DNA from: Chloropicon primus
Lineage: Eukaryota
Reading direction: 5' to 3'
Length of the DNA: 64,000 nt
NCBI GenBank assembly: GCA_023205875.1
Contig: CP060756.1
Span: 620,001-684,000, forward strand
A model generated the notes under the pieces. That model was not told the DNA's origin and ran no database searches. It saw nothing but the letters and a program-made list of their open reading frames with translations. Made by a program: the position numbers and the translations under genes. Below are positions 49,691 to 58,860 of the stretch, piece after piece. The first letter of the stretch is position 1. Each line of letters begins with the position of its first letter.

Positions 49691-51240
49691 CTCATCTCCC
49701 AAGCAGGAAGGTTTGGGGCTGTCACAATCTCGACAAACATGGCTGGAAGGGGAACGGACATTCTTTTGGGGGGGAATCCCTACGAGATGGTAAGGATCGT
49801 TCTGCTTCAGAATCTTTGCTCCGCCCTCATGAAGAGCGAAACTTGCCCCGATTTCTCTGGGCTCTCGGAGATCATAAACATAGAAATTCCTCCGGAGCTC
49901 CTGGGGCTGATGGCCCGCGCAAAGGCCTCTGCGATGTCAGAGTGCGGCCCATCACTGACCCTGAACGAGGTCGAGCAGCTCGTGATCGAGCTCTGCAACT
50001 TTGCGAGGCAGATCCTGGGTGGTGGCGAGGAGCAGAGCTTGGCCTTGGTAGAGTCCAAGAATTTTTCTGCCTTGGAAAGCCTCCTTGGGACAATGGAGCT
50101 TCCCGCCTCCCAACAATCGCTTCCCACCACAGCCTTGCAGAAGTTCGCAAACGCAGCAGTGTTCCTCTACAGCTATTGCGGCGAAGTTTGCAGCAGGGAA
50201 GGTGATCTTGTCCGGGAGTTGGGCGGCCTGCATGTTGTGGGAACGCAGCTGCACGACTCGAGGCGCATCGACAACCAGTTGAGGGGCAGGGCAGGGAGGC
50301 AGGGCGACCCCGGCTCAACTATATTCATTTTGAGTTTGCAGGACGATCTCCTGAAGATCCACGGCGGGGACAAGACCGCGTCTTTGATGACGGCTATTCT
50401 CGACGAAACGACTGGAGTCACCAGCCGCCTGCTGGACTCGCAGCTGCTCACTCTGCAGCGCAGCGTCGAAGAGTGGTACACGGGGATAAGGAAGCAGGTC
50501 TACAAGTACGACCAGTTTCTCGACATCCAACGGAACCAGATCTATAGGCTGAGGAAGCACATATTGACCTCCAGTGCGGACGAGCTGATGCACTTGATTT
50601 TTACCTACATCCGAGCGGACGTGGCGGAGGCCGTGGAGAGGAACGTCGCGGGTCACCCCAAGCAGTGGGACATCTCAAAAGTTTGCGAGGACGTGGAGAG
50701 GTCGCTGAACGAGGAGGGGATCCTCCAGCCGCAGTGTCCTGCTGCGATCCAAAGGGATCTGTCTTCTGGGAGCTGGAAGCGGACAAAGAGCACAGGTTTC
50801 CGACCACGGGCAGTTACCTTTTTGCGTACCAGGCCGCCGCCCAAAAGCTGGAGCTGGGAAGGGTCGAGGCGGCGGGGGAACGCAGGAAGCGGTCTCCCGT
50901 CAGCCAGAAGTGGAGCCCCGAGGCGAACTTCGTAGTCAACGAGCTGACGGAGCGCGTCCTCACGGAGTACTTCCTTCAAGTGCGGAGCGCGGCGACCTCC
51001 AGGAGGGGCATGTCGGACATCCTGAGCGATCAGAGGTACCTCATGCTGGAGCTGGTCGACAAGAGGTGGCAGAAGCACCTGAAGCACATGAGCTCCTTGC
51101 GAAACTCCGTGTCTCTCAGGGTCTTCGGGCAGCTCGACCCCTTGGAGGAGTACAAGGTCGACAGCGCAAAGGCTTTGCTCTATCTTGTGAACTCCATTCA
51201 GAGGGAAATCATCCGAGACCTGTTCTCCGCCTTGCGGTGA
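49691..51240 (+). CDS. secA: Preprotein translocase SecA (SecA2-like), C-terminal half only; coding continues across two frames (49739-~50760, then ~50830-51240); unrecognised intron, frameshift or pseudogene
   Basis: [80 protein letters not shown]; second frame [27 protein letters not shown]. Confidence 0.8.
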
Positions 51241-51303
51241 AGTCTTCCAGGCGGTGGTTAGGAATAATGCTATTTAAATTACAGAACGAATTCTATCGTT
51301 GCC

Positions 51304-51921
51304 TCAAGGCAAGTTGTTCAGTTCCTCGCTCATGACTTTCCTGTTCACGAAGGGCTTCATGCTCGCCTTGTCCCTCACGGTGAGGGTGTACCCCAGAGCA
51401 GCGAAGCCACCGAGGCCGGCGAGGAGCATACCCAAAGCCTTCTGGCTTCCCATGAAATTGTACTCGTCCAAGCAAGCCTCTGGGTACGCGGTTCCGTCGT
51501 CCCAAGTGAGCTCGTCCGTCTCCGCAAGCGGCTCCGTGGGCGCCTTGCGGTAGGCCACGGGCCCTCCGCCACCTCCCCTCCTCACTTGGAATTGGAACGG
51601 CTGGGCCACACTGGAGCCCCCCAGCCTTGAGCGCGAGCGAGCGAAGAAGGAAGAAGAAGGAGAAAGGGGGCACGAGAGTCAGTCCATCCGCATTTGCGAG
51701 GGAGGGGGAGGAGGACAAACACGCACAACAGCCATTCCAATGCCCAACCGAGACGGGGACACTTTGGCCGGAGCAAACAAAAAAGCCTCCGCTAGAGCAC
51801 CCGCCAACCAAACGAGTCCAATCCAAGACGTCACCACTCCGTTGACGGGTGAGTCCTTTCCACCGCCTTACCTCTTGCCCAAAGCGTTCGCCACGGTTCG
51901 CACGCACACGCTGTTTGCCAT
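51304..51921 (-). CDS. NDUFB8: Mitochondrial complex I subunit NDUFB8-like; 2 exons (51872-51921, 51304-51625)
   Basis: PL..DELTWDDGTAYPEACLD..ALGMLLAGLGGF..DKASMKPF matches the plant B8 pattern; GTAAGG...AAG intron in frame. Confidence 0.75.
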
Positions 51922-52143
51922 CGTGTTCCACGATGAAAAAACCTAAGTAGTCTTCTCTCTCTCTCTCTCCCTCACCCTTGTTGGAGGTTTTCCCCTGTTG
52001 GTGGGGTTCCAGTGTATACCAGTTTGGTCACACCCAAAGGACAACCCACTAAGCGTTTTTTTCGTGTTCTCACTTGCTGGACAAGGCCAAATCTATAGTT
52101 ACGAGGAGTTACGAGGAGGGCAGCGAGTGAAACCCTAGCCGTC

Positions 52144-54312
52144 ATGGCGCGATCAGGGAAGCGCCGTAAGAAAAAGGAGAAGCAGGGGAGTGGCTCGACG
52201 AGTTCCACAAGGAGGTCGCACTCTGGCGAGAGTCATGCTCAGGGCGCTTCGAAGTCGGGGCAGGAGTCTCCGACGACGGAGCCGTTACGTCGGTTCTGGA
52301 ATCAGGGTTTAGCCTGGCTCTACGCGTTGTGCCTGCTTCCTATCGCGGACGACCCCGCCTCTGCGGGTGAGGGTTCGAGCACGCCTCGCAAGAAGCGGGG
52401 GGGGAAGCGGAAGGGGAAGCCGCTGGACGACCCCGCCTCTGCTTTCGAGGAGGGTTCGAGCACGCCTCGCAAGAAGCGGGGGGGGAAGCGGAAGGGGCGT
52501 CCGCCGGAGGCGGACGCCTCTGCGGGTGAGAGTTCGAGCTCGTCAGGCAAGCCTCGCAAGAAGCCTCGCAAGAAGGGCAAGAAGAAGAACAAGAAGAAGG
52601 GTAAGAAGAAGAAGAACAAGAGGGGGAAGAAAGCAGGGAAGCAGCCGGGTGGCTTGGCGGACGACAGCGTGAAGAAGACCTGGTTCTCATCGATCAAGAG
52701 AGAACTTGAAGAGGTAAAGTGTCCGAAGACGGGATGGAGGTCGTGCTTGAACCTTCCAGAAGATTCTGTGGTATCCGTGGAGACATTGCAGCCGCCCGCC
52801 AAAAGGAAGAGGGGGCAGAAGCTGAAGACCTCCAAGCTATTGTCGGAGCGAACGGTGATACGGACGAGGAAGCTTAGGATGCGCGTGAACCCTGAGCAGG
52901 CGAGAACACTTTGCAACTGGATGGGAGCTGCGCGTTTCACATACAACAAGTGTTTGGAGGCGGTCAAGAAGGAGGGTTTTCCGCTGGTTTGGACCGTCCT
53001 GCTGGACAGATTTGTGACGGCCAAACCGCGACGCCCTGAGGTCTTTGAGGGCCTGGAGAAAGAGCTGAAAGAAATCCAATGCTCTCCACGGCCATGGACA
53101 AAACAGGAGGCAGAGCTTTTCGCGGCCAGAGAGAAGAGACTCGAGAGCCAAATTGGAGGCAGAGCTTTTCGCATCCAAGTGGCCAAGGACCGGGACTACG
53201 TTAGCGGGGCCTTTGTGAATCAGAAGCATCCTTGGCTGAAGGAAACCCCCTGTGCCATCAGACAAGCTGCCGTGCGAAGTCTCATCAAGGCATGGGATTC
53301 GAACACCGCGAAGCAGGAAGCGATGAAGGAGCGCGGCGAGAAGAAGGGGCACCGCTTCGTTCTCAAGTATCGTCAACGTCAGCAACCGAGCTCTTGGACT
53401 ATTGAAATTGATGCAAGAGACTTAAAGAACGTGGAGACGATCGAAAGGCCAAACACGAGACACAAGGATGACACGAAGCACAACAAACGACGCAAGTGGA
53501 CCAAGCTGGAGGTGTTCAAGAAGAAGATGGCCGGCGGGCCCCTGTACTTGACGGAGGAGATCCCCGGGGGCAAGATCGAGGGTGCCGTGAAGATCACAAG
53601 AAATCGCCTTGGGCAGTTCCACATGCACATTCCCATCGCGACGCCATGGGATCGCCTGCCACCCCTGAAGCCTGAGAACAAGCGGAAGGTTGTCGCCCTG
53701 GATCCGGGAGTCAGGACCTTTCAGACGTCGTACTCGCCGCAAGAAGGCGTCGGGGAGTATGCCACGGGCGAGCGAGGCTTCGCGAGGCTGTTCAACCTCT
53801 GCTGGAGGATTGATGAGATCATTTCCGAGCGCAAAGACCCAAAGGTGAAGCTCCCTTACCTCGACCGCCGCGACTTGAAGAGACAGCAATACGCCTGCAT
53901 GGAGAAACTTCGAGGTCTGACGAACGAGCTTCACAAAAAGGTAGCCAACGATCTATGCAGGAGGTTCGACACAATCCTCCTCCCGGAGTTCAAGTCCCAA
54001 GACATGGTGAAGAAGAACAACAACGGGAGACGCCGAGTGATCAGGAAGAAGACGGCTCGCACGCTCTTGACGTTGAGGCACTATGCGTTCAGAACGTTCT
54101 TGGCTTCCAAGGTGCTCTTGCACGGCAGTGAGCTGGCGATCGTGACGGAGGAGTACACCTCCAAGACCTGTGGCAAGTGCGGACACATCAAGGACAACCT
54201 GGGTGGAGCAGAGGTGTACAAGTGCCAGAAGTGTGGCTTCAAGTGCGGTCGGGATGTGAACGGGGCACGCAACGTCCTCCTGAAGCACTTGCGTCAACCA
54301 AAAAGTGTGTAA
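52144..54312 (+). CDS. Fanzor: Fanzor2/TnpB-family RNA-guided endonuclease (722 aa), intronless
   Basis: HTH_OrfB-like RTRKLRMRVNPEQARTLCNWMGAARFTYN; RuvC-I VVALDPGVRTF; ILLPEF with downstream VTEEYTSKTC glutamate; Zn finger CGKC..CQKC; RuvC-III RDVNGARN; K/R-rich N-terminus. Confidence 0.93.
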   Translation: MARSGKRRKKKEKQGSGSTSSTRRSHSGESHAQGASKSGQESPTTEPLRRFWNQGLAWLYALCLLPIADDPASAGEGSSTPRKKRGGKRKGKPLDDPASAFEEGSSTPRKKRGGKRKGRPPEADASAGESSSSSGKPRKKPRKKGKKKNKKKGKKKKNKRGKKAGKQPGGLADDSVKKTWFSSIKRELEEVKCPKTGWRSCLNLPEDSVVSVETLQPPAKRKRGQKLKTSKLLSERTVIRTRKLRMRVNPEQARTLCNWMGAARFTYNKCLEAVKKEGFPLVWTVLLDRFVTAKPRRPEVFEGLEKELKEIQCSPRPWTKQEAELFAAREKRLESQIGGRAFRIQVAKDRDYVSGAFVNQKHPWLKETPCAIRQAAVRSLIKAWDSNTAKQEAMKERGEKKGHRFVLKYRQRQQPSSWTIEIDARDLKNVETIERPNTRHKDDTKHNKRRKWTKLEVFKKKMAGGPLYLTEEIPGGKIEGAVKITRNRLGQFHMHIPIATPWDRLPPLKPENKRKVVALDPGVRTFQTSYSPQEGVGEYATGERGFARLFNLCWRIDEIISERKDPKVKLPYLDRRDLKRQQYACMEKLRGLTNELHKKVANDLCRRFDTILLPEFKSQDMVKKNNNGRRRVIRKKTARTLLTLRHYAFRTFLASKVLLHGSELAIVTEEYTSKTCGKCGHIKDNLGGAEVYKCQKCGFKCGRDVNGARNVLLKHLRQPKSV

Positions 54313-54466
54313 CTCCTCAGGGTTGCACATACGTTTGTTAGTACGGGCTGCCGTGCGTGGGCGGAAGTATTCGTTCATGTACGGTGGAATGGTCGTGGTA
54401 GGGCCGAATTACCCTGCCGAGAAACTTACAAACTCGGTGAAACGACCTTTGCAGAAAACTAACAGG
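54305..54466 (+). ncRNA. Putative Fanzor omega-RNA scaffold (guide would follow at the 3' side)
   Basis: Nested stems read by eye: 54305-14/54321-30 (spans the stop codon); TGTTAGT 54336-42/ACTAACA 54458-64; 15-bp hairpin 54351-65/54370-84 with 5 G-U pairs; GGTCGT 54391-96/ACGACC 54442-47 enclosing GGTAGGG/CCCTGCC and CCGAG/CTCGG hairpins. Confidence 0.7.
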
Positions 54467-54687
54467 TAAGTAGGGGCCGGCCTTCACGTGTTTCTCTCCG
54501 TGTTTCTCTCTTTCAGTGGAAAGGAGAACTTGCCTTTGTGCTTCCAGTATTGACTGTGATTTTCTTACCGTCCTTTCTAGAAACCCCAGCTGAATACGTT
54601 GAACAGGACAAGCAGGACGAGTTGCAGAGGGAGAGAGAGGGAGGAGGAGGTAACAAAAAGTGTGGAAATATGTATTCATAAGCTTGT

Positions 54688-55098
54688 CTACTCATCGTCA
54701 TCGGCAATGCTCGTCCACTCTGCATCGATGACGATGTCGTCTTGTCCCCTGGGCTTTTGCTGTCTCTTCGCTCCCGGCCGTCCGGCACTTCCCTGCTGGG
54801 TGAATCGGTCGAACCAGGAGTTCTGAGTGCTGTAGGCGTTGGCGTTCCTTTCTTGCTCAGCTTGCTGCTGCTCGAGTATGAACTTCTGCAGGGCCGGTAG
54901 GAACAAGGGGGAGAAAAGGGATAACAGGAACATAAAGTACAGGACTTTGAGGTAAATCCCACTGTTGTTGAGCGAAGCAGGCGGAGAACGTTGTCAGCAC
55001 ACGTCGCGCGCGAACCAAGGTCAAGGAACCAAGTCATCCCACCCGTCCGGCTCGCGTCCTCCAAGGGAAGGGCCAGGGCAAACCGAGCAGACAGAGAG

Positions 55099-55143
<45 letters not shown>

Positions 55144-55687
55144 CTTACCTGAAGATGAGGTATATGAACGCCCCGTACAAGACAACTTGCCCCGTGGTTG
55201 TCTTGGAGAAAGCGGTGAACTTCCGCTTTAGCTCCGGATAGTTCCTTTTGAAGTCCTCGGCGGCGTTCTCCAGTTTCGTTTTCACCCCAAACTTGTTGTC
55301 GAAGGACTCGAACTTGAGGGAAACCTCGTTCCTGACTTTGTCGGCCTTGTTGCTGATCTTGAACTTCCTGTCCATCTTCTGCAGGGCTCGCCGGGAGTCG
55401 TCGGCGAGAATCTCTGCCCTCAGGGTGGCTTGCTTGCGGAACTCCTTCCAAAACTTGGGGAGGTCCTCGTTCAGGGCCTTGTCGTACTTCTGCTTCCACT
55501 CGTCCCCGCTGCTCCTCTTCCCCCCGCTCGCCGCGCAGGCAACCACCCTCCTCCTCCTCTCCAGGGACACGCCGCCGCAGCAGCGAACCCCCCTCCTCCC
55601 CGCGGCGAGGGCCCTCCCGCTCGTGCACCCCTCCACCATCCTGCCACTCGTGTGCTGGCTCCTCTGCGCCAACCTCCCCTTCATCAT
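54688..55687 (-). CDS. Hypothetical, probably plastid-targeted membrane protein; at least 2 exons (intron from ~55148)
   Basis: Transit-peptide-like N-terminus, helical region, TM-like VVLYGAFIYLIF followed by a GTAAGT donor; last exon ends DDIVIDAEWTSIADDE*. Confidence 0.6.
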
Positions 55688-55919
55688 CGTCGTCGTCATC
55701 AAAGCCACCACCAACAACAACTACTACTACAACGACCTCTCTTTGTGTGCGTGTGTGTACGCGCGTGCGTACCTCGCTCCTCCGTCGAATCCTCACCAGG
55801 CCGTCGCTTCCTTTCAACTAGCGGACTCAATCAAAACCACAAAGCGTTGCTTCTTCCTCGTATCGTATCCAGTCCCACCACCAGCCTCCCTCTGCTCTCA
55901 AGAACCTTATCCTATCGAG

Positions 55920-55955
<36 letters not shown>

Positions 55956-56077
55956 GACTGGGTCGAGACACCTTGACTTCAAGCTGCTGAAGAACAAAAA
56001 CGAAACACGCTGAAAGAGACAACGCACTTGTTTCTCGCGTCCCTTGGGATTGCTTTCTTTGATTGTTTGATTGTTTG

Positions 56078-56111
<34 letters not shown>

Positions 56112-56177
56112 CGCAAGGGTGGAAGCCAGGAGAGGGGGAGTGGGTTCCGGTTGCCTTGGGGAAGAGAGAGTTTCTTC

Positions 56178-56217
<40 letters not shown>

Positions 56218-56253
56218 CGTGTGGAGGTTGGATTGTGCGGAGGGAGTTTGGAG

Positions 56254-57861
56254 ATGGCGGCGTGCGCGGAGGGAGGCTTGAGGGGGTTGGCAGGGGACGG
56301 AAGGAGGCGGCCCAGGAACGCGGGAACCTCGCGTTGTCACGTGGCGTGCAGGGCCTCCGGAATGAGCGAGTGGCTGGAGAAGTCGTGCGAGGCTCTTCAA
56401 TTGCGGCGGGACGCCCTGGAGAGCGCACCGGCGGCCCCCTGGAGCGACTTGAGGAACAAGAATAAGGACGAGGACTGGCGGTTCTCCGCGAGTCACTTGG
56501 CGAGGATCATGGGCGACCAGCCCAACGTCCTGGGGGGAGGGGAGTGGGCCTCGACGGCCGAGAGGTCGGACTTGTCGTCCTTGGCCTCCGAACTGGCGGA
56601 GGACCTCCAATCGGACCCGAGATTCAACTACAGGCAGGTGCTGGTGAAGGACGGCGTCCTCGTCTCGGAGCCGCAAGGGGAGGGGGGCGTCGTCGTGACG
56701 ACGGCCAGTGGCGTTGAAGGGGAGGAGGCCAAGGAGGCGATGGTGTTCCTGAGCGAGCACGAAGCGTTGAGGCGGGAGGACCCGCTGAGCCCAGAGGACG
56801 ATTTCTTCGACCACTTGGGTAACGCGTTGGGGGAGGGCCAGAAGGCTCCCCACCTGGTCCTGCACGCGAGGCAGGTCGACGAAAGCAGCGGGGCCACGAA
56901 CATCCTGCACGTCTTCCAAGTCGTGCCCAGGAAGAAGGAGGGCTCGACTGTTTGCTGGTCCCCCAAGACATCCGTCCTCGTGGAGGGGAACCAGAAACTC
57001 GTGCTGATCGAGGAGTTGGTCTACGAAGACGGCCAGGCCGCGGCGGTAGAGGCGGTGGAGCCCACTGCGAGGATCGTCCTGCCCAAGACCAGGGCTTACC
57101 TGCACCCGAGCGCGTCCTTCAAGCACACCGTCGTTCACAGTGGGGCAAAGCCGAGGGACGTGAACGTGAGGACGATCCAAGTGACACAGGAGGAGGGGAG
57201 CAGCTACGACATGCTGGAAACGAGAGTGGCGTGCGCGGACGGCTCCTTCCAGGCCTCCGCTTCGAACGCTTCGCTGTCTCGAGTGGAGGTGGACATGTGG
57301 CAACTGGGGGGGGAGACGAAGACCAACTTTAACTCCCTGTCTCTTATCGCGACCTCGGGGGCGTCCAACGGCAAGGGATCGAAATCGTCCTCCGCCTCCG
57401 CGGGCATCACGCACGAGCTGAGAACCAAGGCCAGGCTCTGCCACCCCGGGGGACAAATCAGCCAGGTGGCCAAGATGGTGGCCAGCGGAGGATCGAGCCA
57501 CTGCATTTTCGACGGCAAGGTTGACATCGAGAGGTATGCCCAGGAGACGGATGCCGCTCAGATCGCGAGGGGGCTCCTGTTGACAAAGAGGGCGACCATC
57601 AACGCCCGCCCGAACCTGAGGATTCAAGCCGACAACGTCGTTGCCTCCCACGGGTGCACCATAGCGGACCTGGAGGAGGAGCAGCTCTTCTACTTGGCGT
57701 CCAGGGGCCTGGACGAGAGGACAGCCAGGTCTGTCCTCACTGGCAGCTTCATCAGGGAAATCACGCAGCTGTTCACGACCGACGAGGACATGCCGATGAA
57801 CAAGCTGGCTGGCCGACTGGACGAGGCCGTCGAAGAGGCTTTCCTGCTCTGCGAGATCTGA
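56254..57861 (+). CDS. sufD: Plastid Fe-S cluster assembly protein SufD
   Basis: DEDWRFS, FDGKV.I..YAQETDAAQ..RGLLL..RATINARPNLRIQADNVVASHGCTI..LEEEQLFYLASRG. Confidence 0.92.
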   Translation: MAACAEGGLRGLAGDGRRRPRNAGTSRCHVACRASGMSEWLEKSCEALQLRRDALESAPAAPWSDLRNKNKDEDWRFSASHLARIMGDQPNVLGGGEWASTAERSDLSSLASELAEDLQSDPRFNYRQVLVKDGVLVSEPQGEGGVVVTTASGVEGEEAKEAMVFLSEHEALRREDPLSPEDDFFDHLGNALGEGQKAPHLVLHARQVDESSGATNILHVFQVVPRKKEGSTVCWSPKTSVLVEGNQKLVLIEELVYEDGQAAAVEAVEPTARIVLPKTRAYLHPSASFKHTVVHSGAKPRDVNVRTIQVTQEEGSSYDMLETRVACADGSFQASASNASLSRVEVDMWQLGGETKTNFNSLSLIATSGASNGKGSKSSSASAGITHELRTKARLCHPGGQISQVAKMVASGGSSHCIFDGKVDIERYAQETDAAQIARGLLLTKRATINARPNLRIQADNVVASHGCTIADLEEEQLFYLASRGLDERTARSVLTGSFIREITQLFTTDEDMPMNKLAGRLDEAVEEAFLLCEI

Positions 57862-57938
57862 TAGATAGCGGGTAAAAGCATCAAGACGACGATGAGATGA
57901 GATGATTGCAAAGTAGTACAAATATATTCAGATCCTTC

Positions 57939-58400
57939 TCAGCGCAGCGTTCGAGAGATGCTTCTCTCCAGTTGATCGTACATTTCGTCAATCTCGGCCA
58001 GAATCTTGGGCATCGAGTTCACAAGCTGCTGCGTTTTCAGCACAGCCGCCTGCTTGGTGGCGAAAACTCTTGGCACGTTTGAGAGCTCCATGGACTGCCC
58101 CTCCTTCACCGTCGCCCGGCAAGCCCTGTAGCTCGCCGTGGTCGCCCTCACCATCTAACGTGGGACACATCACAAAAAAAATGAAGAAGAGCAGAGTCAG
58201 AAGAACGTTGCCAGGACCCAAGCGTCCTCTCTCTCTCTCTGTCTCTCTGCCTGACCTGAGAGTAAGCTGAAACCCACCTTTTCCGACAGCCTCCTCTTGA
58301 GAGCTTTGGACATGTCCGTCGCATCGAGCTTCGGGCTCGACACGGCAGCGGCTTTCCCCCCGAGAGGTGACACGGTCGTGGTTCCCGTGGACGAACTCAT
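57939..58400 (-). CDS. Small coiled-coil protein, possibly BORCS7-like; 2 exons (58278-58400, 57939-58154)
   Basis: GTGGGT...TAG intron joins ALKRRLSEK|MVRATTASYRACRATVKEGQSMELSNVPRVF in frame; resemblance to BORC subunit 7 recalled by eye. Confidence 0.5.
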
Positions 58401-58860
58401 CCTCCCCGCTCAAGAGCAAGCGAACCAAACGACCCTTGACACCAAGAGAGCAGATCTTCAAACAGTGTTCATCTGACGATTAAATCCTCCAAAGAACGCC
58501 AAACCCCTCAAGTGAGGGCTCTTTCGAAAGATCGCGAGACGATGATTTCGCCTGTTTGCCTCTCCCCCCTCTCCCCTTGGCCTCTCCCCTCGCGTTTCCC
58601 TTGGCCGCTCCCTCGAAGACTCTCCACTCCAAACAACGCCAGCCAGCGCCCAATTGAAAAGTGGATAACGTCGCGTCGCGTCGTCGGCGGTCCAGAGGAG
58701 CAGAGGGAACGACGAGAGGTTTTCGAGGCGGAGGGGCGAGGTAAAGGTGTTGTGAGTGTCGTGGGAACGAAAGAGAATCTCGCGAGCTTTCCAACGGTGT
58801 GTCGCTTGACGGAATCTTCTTCGAGGGGCGACGGGGACAGGGACAGGAAGGGTTTGAGGC

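Larger units (their letters stand above)
51994..54466 (+). mobile_element. Candidate extent of a non-autonomous Fanzor element; boundaries tentative
   Basis: Inserted between two host genes; short imperfect inverted ends CCTGTTGGT (51994-52002) / ACTAACAGG (54458-54466); no transposase ORF and no TSD recognised. Confidence 0.4.

Noticed and set aside
51854..51863. 10-nt match (GTGGAAAGGA, minus strand, in the NDUFB8 intron) to the putative post-splicing Fanzor guide at 54516-54525
   Set aside because: Too short to distinguish from chance, and the match does not extend.
51930..54690. Search for a TnpA serine recombinase or other transposase, and a target-site duplication, next to the Fanzor
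   Set aside because: None recognisable; both flanks are host genes.
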